From: an uncultured Gemmatimonadales bacterium
GTDB lineage: Bacteria > Gemmatimonadota > Gemmatimonadetes > Gemmatimonadales > GWC2-71-9
Reading direction: 5' to 3'
Assembly: GCA_963771275.1 (NCBI GenBank)
Contig: CAVYSW010000009.1
Coordinates: 96,001-160,000 of the forward strand
DNA: 64,000 nucleotides
Position 1 is the stretch's first letter. Each line of letters opens with the position of its first letter. The notes below the pieces were generated by a model. That model was given only the letters and a program-made list of their open reading frames with translations. It was not told the DNA's origin and made no database searches. Position numbers and translations under genes: made by a program. Of this stretch, positions 59,416 to 64,000 are shown in pieces.

Positions 59416-61650
59416 GTGCGCCTCACCCTGTTCGGGACCCTTCGGCTGGCGGAGCCTGGTGGCGCCGACCAGGAGCCCCGCCTGGGATCTAAGCCCATGG
59501 CGCTGCTGGCGTTCCTCGCCCTGGAGCCGGGGCTTCACCCGCGCGACGAGCTGGCGACCCTGTTCTGGTCCGACGCCCCCACGTCATCGGCGCGGGCGTC
59601 GTTGCGCCAGGCGCTGCGCGCGGTGCGATCCGCCGTCGGCGACCGGCTCGAGACGGACAATCGGTCCGTCCGCCTGCTCCCCGGACTCACCTGCGATGTC
59701 GCGGAGTTCCGCCGGTCGGTGGAGGAGAACCCGTCCGCCGCCCTGGAGTACGACGTCCCCCGGTTCCTCGCCGGCGTCTCCGTGCGGGGCGCGCCGGCCT
59801 TCGAGGAGTGGGCGGACACCACCAGAGCCGCCCTGCTCCGGCAGTACGCCAAGGCGCTGCGCAAGGCCGGCCGCCAGGCGTTGCGGCTTTCGCGATGGGC
59901 TGAAGGCGCTGCACTGGGCAGGCGATGGCTGAGCATCGAGCCGCTCTCCGCCGAGGCGGCGATCCTCACGGCGGAAGCGCATTTCATGGCGGGAGAGAAC
60001 GGGACCGCGCTGGCGGAGCTCACCGAGCACATGCGCCGGGTGCGCGTGGAGACGGGCGCGGAGCCGGACGGCTCGCTGCGCGCCTTGGCTGAGCGAATCG
60101 CAAAGGCCGGGCGCCACACCGGACGCCGTTCTTCCGAGACGGGGCTGGAACCCGCTTTCGAGACCTCCCTGGTCGGCCGGGAGACCGAGTGGCGCGCGGT
60201 GATGGACGCCTGGTCCGCCGTGACGCGCGGGGAAACGCGTGTCGTGCTGTTCGAGGGGGATCTCGGCATGGGCAAGACACGCCTGGCGGAGGAAGCGCTC
60301 CGCTGGGTCCGCGCGGCCGGCGCCACCGTACTTGATGGCCGGGGATACGATGCCGCCGCCGGGATCGCCTACGCGCCGATCGCCGACGCGCTGAATGACG
60401 CGCTCGACGCCCCGGGCCTGCCGGCGGTGTCCCCCGAATGGCTGGCCGAGGTGGCCCGGTTGCACCCCGGGATTCGCGACCGGTTTCCCGGCCTGCCCGC
60501 CCTGGCCGAGCCGGTCGAAACCGACCGCCGCTGGCGGTTGTTCGAAGCGGTGGCCCAGGTCATTCTCGGATTGGCCGCGGAGCGCCCCACGGCGGTCGCG
60601 ATCGATGATCTGGAGCTGTGCGACGCCGATTCGTGCGCCCTGCTGCAGTTCCTCGCGCAACGGGTCGACGCCGCCCCCGTGCTCTTCCTGTTCACCTCCA
60701 GTCCGGGCGAGGTGGAGCGCACGGCACCGACCGGCCGGCTGTGCCGCACGTTGCGCACCGCGGAGCGGGCGACCGTCGTGTCGCTCGGCGCGCTCGACGC
60801 CGGCGCCGTGTGGCGGCTGGTGCGCCAACTGGCCCGGATTACCGAGCCGGAGGGCGGCCGCCGGCTGGCGGAGCGGCTCCATGCCCTCACGGAGGGCAAC
60901 CCGTTCCACGTCGTCGAGCTGCTGAAGAGCCTGTTCGGGCAGGGGCTGCTGACCGTGGACGCCACCACCGGAGCGTGGCGCGTCGCGCCCGGCGCGACGG
61001 ACGACCTGGGCGGGGCCATCCCCCTGCCGCGGTCGGTTCAGGAAGCCGTGCAGGCCCGCTGCGCGGGGCTTCCCTACGAGCTGCGCGACCTGCTGGCGGT
61101 GGTCGCGGTGGCGGGCCGCCGCGCCTCCACCCATCTGATCTCCCACGTCCTCGGCATGTCACGCCTGCGGGCGGCGGCGCTGGCTGATTCGCTGGTGGAC
61201 CGCAGGCTGCTGGCGCAGGAAGGCGGCGGCTACCGCTGCGCGCACCCCGTGATTCAGGACGTGGTGCGCGCCGGCCTCACCCCCGCCCGCAGCCGGGAGA
61301 TGCACCGCGCGATCGCCTACGCCCTCGAGGAGCTGGCCGACCCGGCGGACGCGGGCGATGTCGCGCGCCACGCGGAGCAGGGCGGCGAGCGCGGGCTCGC
61401 CTACCAGGCCGCGCTGCGTACGGGGGCGGCCGCCGCGGCGCAGCTCGTTCCCGACGACGCCCTGGCCTGGTTCGAGTTCGCCGCCCGCGTCGCCCCGACG
61501 GCGGCAGAGGCCGAGGAGGCAAACCGCCGCGCCGCCGCAGTGGCGGGCGCGGACGCCGCCAAGCCGGCGCGGGCGCGGCGCAGGACGGGCACGCCGGCGC
61601 ACGGCCTGACGCGCCGCGACCTGGACCTCGGAGTCGGCCGGCGGGACTGA
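59416..61650 (+). CDS. SARP/AfsR-like transcriptional regulator (wHTH + BTAD + AAA/STAND ATPase)
   Basis: LTLFG, ALLAFLAL, RDELATLFW, ARASLRQAL, FEEW, LVGRETE, Walker A GDLGMGKT, IDDL...D..S, TEGNPF. Confidence 0.9.
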   Translation: MRLTLFGTLRLAEPGGADQEPRLGSKPMALLAFLALEPGLHPRDELATLFWSDAPTSSARASLRQALRAVRSAVGDRLETDNRSVRLLPGLTCDVAEFRRSVEENPSAALEYDVPRFLAGVSVRGAPAFEEWADTTRAALLRQYAKALRKAGRQALRLSRWAEGAALGRRWLSIEPLSAEAAILTAEAHFMAGENGTALAELTEHMRRVRVETGAEPDGSLRALAERIAKAGRHTGRRSSETGLEPAFETSLVGRETEWRAVMDAWSAVTRGETRVVLFEGDLGMGKTRLAEEALRWVRAAGATVLDGRGYDAAAGIAYAPIADALNDALDAPGLPAVSPEWLAEVARLHPGIRDRFPGLPALAEPVETDRRWRLFEAVAQVILGLAAERPTAVAIDDLELCDADSCALLQFLAQRVDAAPVLFLFTSSPGEVERTAPTGRLCRTLRTAERATVVSLGALDAGAVWRLVRQLARITEPEGGRRLAERLHALTEGNPFHVVELLKSLFGQGLLTVDATTGAWRVAPGATDDLGGAIPLPRSVQEAVQARCAGLPYELRDLLAVVAVAGRRASTHLISHVLGMSRLRAAALADSLVDRRLLAQEGGGYRCAHPVIQDVVRAGLTPARSREMHRAIAYALEELADPADAGDVARHAEQGGERGLAYQAALRTGAAAAAQLVPDDALAWFEFAARVAPTAAEAEEANRRAAAVAGADAAKPARARRRTGTPAHGLTRRDLDLGVGRRD

Positions 61651-61688
61651 GCCCGGCGCGCGCCGCCCGACCCGGCCGGGACCTGCGG

Positions 61689-62123
61689 CTACTGCTTCGT
61701 GGCGGTGATGCTCAGCGTGGCGGCCTCGTCACCCGTGCCGAAGTCGAACTCGACATCCCCGCCCGTCAGCGTGACCGTATTGCCCGACAGGACGAACTGG
61801 AACTCAACGCTGAACGCCTGTCCCGTCTCTTGGAGCGTGAGCAAGTCCAGGCTCGCCGTCCAGGTGCCGGTCGTCGTATCCGGCGCGATCAGGGGCGCGG
61901 TCTGGATCGCCCTCCACGTGCTGTCGGCGGCGAACGTGATGCGGAAGGTGACCCCGAGCGTGATGGCGTCCACCTTCTCCGTCGTGTCGGCCACGCGCGT
62001 GAACTCCATCTTGGTGGCGTTCCACGTGCCGACGAATTCGTCCGTCGGGGGCGCTCCGCTGTCGCTGCACGCTGCCGCCGCAAGCACGAGTCCCGCGATC
62101 ACCATTCCCGCCGCGTTCCGCAT
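61689..62123 (-). CDS. Lipocalin-like lipoprotein
   Basis: Lipobox AAAC; FVGTW, TF.AD.T, GTW beta-barrel pattern. Confidence 0.65.
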   Translation of the reverse strand: MRNAAGMVIAGLVLAAAACSDSGAPPTDEFVGTWNATKMEFTRVADTTEKVDAITLGVTFRITFAADSTWRAIQTAPLIAPDTTTGTWTASLDLLTLQETGQAFSVEFQFVLSGNTVTLTGGDVEFDFGTGDEAATLSITATKQ

Positions 62124-62345
62124 GTCGTCTCCCGGTGTATCGACCGCGGTAAGATCGCCCGCGTGCGCTCAAGCAGCGGTGAATTGGACGTGAAGCGCGG
62201 CGTGAAGACCACCAGTGGGCCATAAGGGGAGGACCGGATCAGTGATTCGCCGGGGAGCGTGAAGAGCGCTTCAGGCCCCGTTCACGTCCCTGCCACCAGG
62301 CGCACCGTACCGTTCCCGTTCAGGGACGCTCTCGGACGGGGATCG

Positions 62346-62618
62346 ATGATCACAACCAGCATCACGGTCGAAGACGCCCGCTGGATCGGCGAGGAGCTGG
62401 GCGTCGACTGGGCGGTGGTGGGCGTCGACGAGTTTCGCCACGGCATGGAAGTGGAGCTGGAGCACGGACGGCGTCATCCTCTCACCAACGTCACCAACGA
62501 CGATCTGCTCATGACGGGGAAGATCGCGCTGGCGCACATCGTGGAGTTTCCGGACTACTACCAGCGCCTGGCCAAGATGGAGGCCGAGGCACAGGTGTAC
62601 TGGGCCCGCCGGAAGTAG
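62346..62618 (+). CDS. Small conserved protein (DUF5661-like)
   Basis: F..GMEVELEHG..TNVT.DD...TGKIALAH..EFPDYY.RL..ME. Confidence 0.75.
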   Translation: MITTSITVEDARWIGEELGVDWAVVGVDEFRHGMEVELEHGRRHPLTNVTNDDLLMTGKIALAHIVEFPDYYQRLAKMEAEAQVYWARRK

Positions 62619-62631
62619 CGCGCGGCGCACC

Positions 62632-63312
62632 ATGGCGAAGCAGTACGTGTCCAATGCGGACGTCTCGGTGCGGATCTTCCAGAGCGACGTCCTGGAGTGG
62701 TTCAGCCATGTGCACCCCGCCGTGCCCCACGTCCTCTACTGGCCGGTCGTCGCGGTGATGCTGTGGCTCGGCGCGGCCCGCGGTGCGGCGCCGGGCCGCG
62801 TCGCGCTGCTGTTCGCCGCGGGTGCGCTGCTGTGGACCATCGCCGAGTATCTCGTCCATCGCTTCACGTTCCACGCCGGTCCGACGATCGAGGGCGACGT
62901 CCGCCAGATCGTCGCGGGACTCGCGCCCGGCGAGCCCGCGCTGCGGGCCATGCGCACGTTGCGGCAGAAGCAGTATTTCCTGGCGCACGGTGTGCACCAC
63001 GACTTCCCGAACGACACGGGGCGGCTCGTCATGCCACCGTCGGTGAGCATCCCGCTCGCCGTCGGGTTCTTTGCGCTGTTTCGCTGGGCGTTCGGCGCGG
63101 CCGACGGACCGGCCCTGTTCGCGGGCCTGGTGGCCGGGTATATCGCGTATGACACGATCCACTACGCGGTGCACCACTTCTCGCTGCGCGGCCCGATCCT
63201 GCTGTTCCTCAAGAAGCACCACTTTCGCCACCACTATCAGGATGCGACGAAGAACTTCGGCGTGAGCAGCCCCCTGTGGGATTTCGTCGCCGGCACGTTC
63301 AGTCGCGGATAG
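62632..63312 (+). CDS. Fatty acid hydroxylase (FA2H/Scs7-like, sterol desaturase superfamily)
   Basis: His boxes HRFTFH, HGVHH, HYAVHH, HHFRHH; RLVMPP; NFGVSSPLWD. Confidence 0.88.
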   Translation: MAKQYVSNADVSVRIFQSDVLEWFSHVHPAVPHVLYWPVVAVMLWLGAARGAAPGRVALLFAAGALLWTIAEYLVHRFTFHAGPTIEGDVRQIVAGLAPGEPALRAMRTLRQKQYFLAHGVHHDFPNDTGRLVMPPSVSIPLAVGFFALFRWAFGAADGPALFAGLVAGYIAYDTIHYAVHHFSLRGPILLFLKKHHFRHHYQDATKNFGVSSPLWDFVAGTFSRG

Positions 63313-63396
63313 CTCACCGGGGGAGTGCGGCGGCCCGACGTCGCCGGCGGCGCCCCCGCGTCATACCTTAGGACCTCCGGCCGAACGGAGCCACGG

Positions 63397-64000
63397 GTGC
63401 CGAACGCGTCGGATCGCCTCACGAGCGCGCTGGCCGACCGCTATACGATCGAGCGGGCGATCGGCCGGGGCGGGATGGCCACGGTGTATCTCGCCGAGGA
63501 CCGGCGGTATGGCCGCCAGGTCGCGGTGAAGGTCCTGAAGCCGGACCTGGCCGCCGCGGTCGGCCCCGAGCGGTTTCTTCGCGAGATCCGCATCACGGCG
63601 CAGCTCAACCACCCGCACATTCTGCCGCTGCTGGATTCGGGGGAGGCGGACGGATTCCTCTACTACGTGATGCCGTACGCGACCGGGGGCTCGCTGCGGG
63701 GGCTCCTGGGGCGGGACACGCCCGTCGAGCACCAGGTCATCCTCCAGGTCACCGCGCAGGTCGCCGCGGCGCTCGACCACGCGCACCGCCACGGCATCGT
63801 GCACCGCGACATCAAGCCAGAGAACATCCTGTTCTCCGAGGGGCTTGCCGTCGTCGCGGATTTCGGCATCGCCAAGGCCGTGGCCAGCGTGAGCGACGGC
63901 GGCCTCACCCGGAGCGGCTTCCCGCTCGGGACGCCCGGCTACATGAGTCCGGAGCAAGCCGCCGGGCTCACGTCGCTCGACCCGCGCACCGACGTGTTCG
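63397..64000 (+). CDS. Hanks-type Ser/Thr protein kinase (runs off the window end)
   Basis: Translated by hand: IGRGGMATVYLA, VAVK, HPHIL, HRDIKPEN, DFG, GTPGYMSPEQ. Confidence 0.93.
   Translation, partial: MPNASDRLTSALADRYTIERAIGRGGMATVYLAEDRRYGRQVAVKVLKPDLAAAVGPERFLREIRITAQLNHPHILPLLDSGEADGFLYYVMPYATGGSLRGLLGRDTPVEHQVILQVTAQVAAALDHAHRHGIVHRDIKPENILFSEGLAVVADFGIAKAVASVSDGGLTRSGFPLGTPGYMSPEQAAGLTSLDPRTDVF

Overview
A very GC-rich bacterial chromosomal window, probably Gemmatimonadota. This is inferred from gene style, e.g. the 'ADRY-IER-IGRGGMATVYLAED' Ser/Thr kinase, many lipoproteins and secreted peptidases; it is not verified. Content from left to right: partial glnA; a glucosylglycerate/mannosylglycerate-type compatible-solute locus; GH3; tyrA; corA; a bCerS-like GNAT protein; a heme-motif beta-barrel plus cytochrome-like lipoprotein facing two cupredoxins; signalling proteins (PAS kinase, GGDEF/EAL); three tRNAs; a TonB receptor; peptidases (M13, M28, S46); GH2 with galK; and a decayed accessory patch carrying a mazEF-type TA pair. 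The standout is an apparently uncharacterised peptide-processing/export locus at about 52.0-61.7 kb. It has three paralogous 51-52 aa precursor-like peptides with a conserved leader ending in E-E-L-E-[ED]-R-I-A-P and variable 6-8 aa tails; one of them is absent from the ORF track. It also has a YkgJ/CxxCxxCC Cys-cluster protein, a GAF-GAF-HlyD fusion, an adaptor (MFP), an RRE/PqqD-like + M50 protease + HlyD fusion, and a frameshifted pentein (deiminase-like) remnant. A divergent SARP/BTAD-ATPase regulator flanks it, with SARP-style TTCACG direct repeats spaced 11 and 21-22 bp upstream of the precursor genes. All calls come from motif recognition by eye; no database searches were run.
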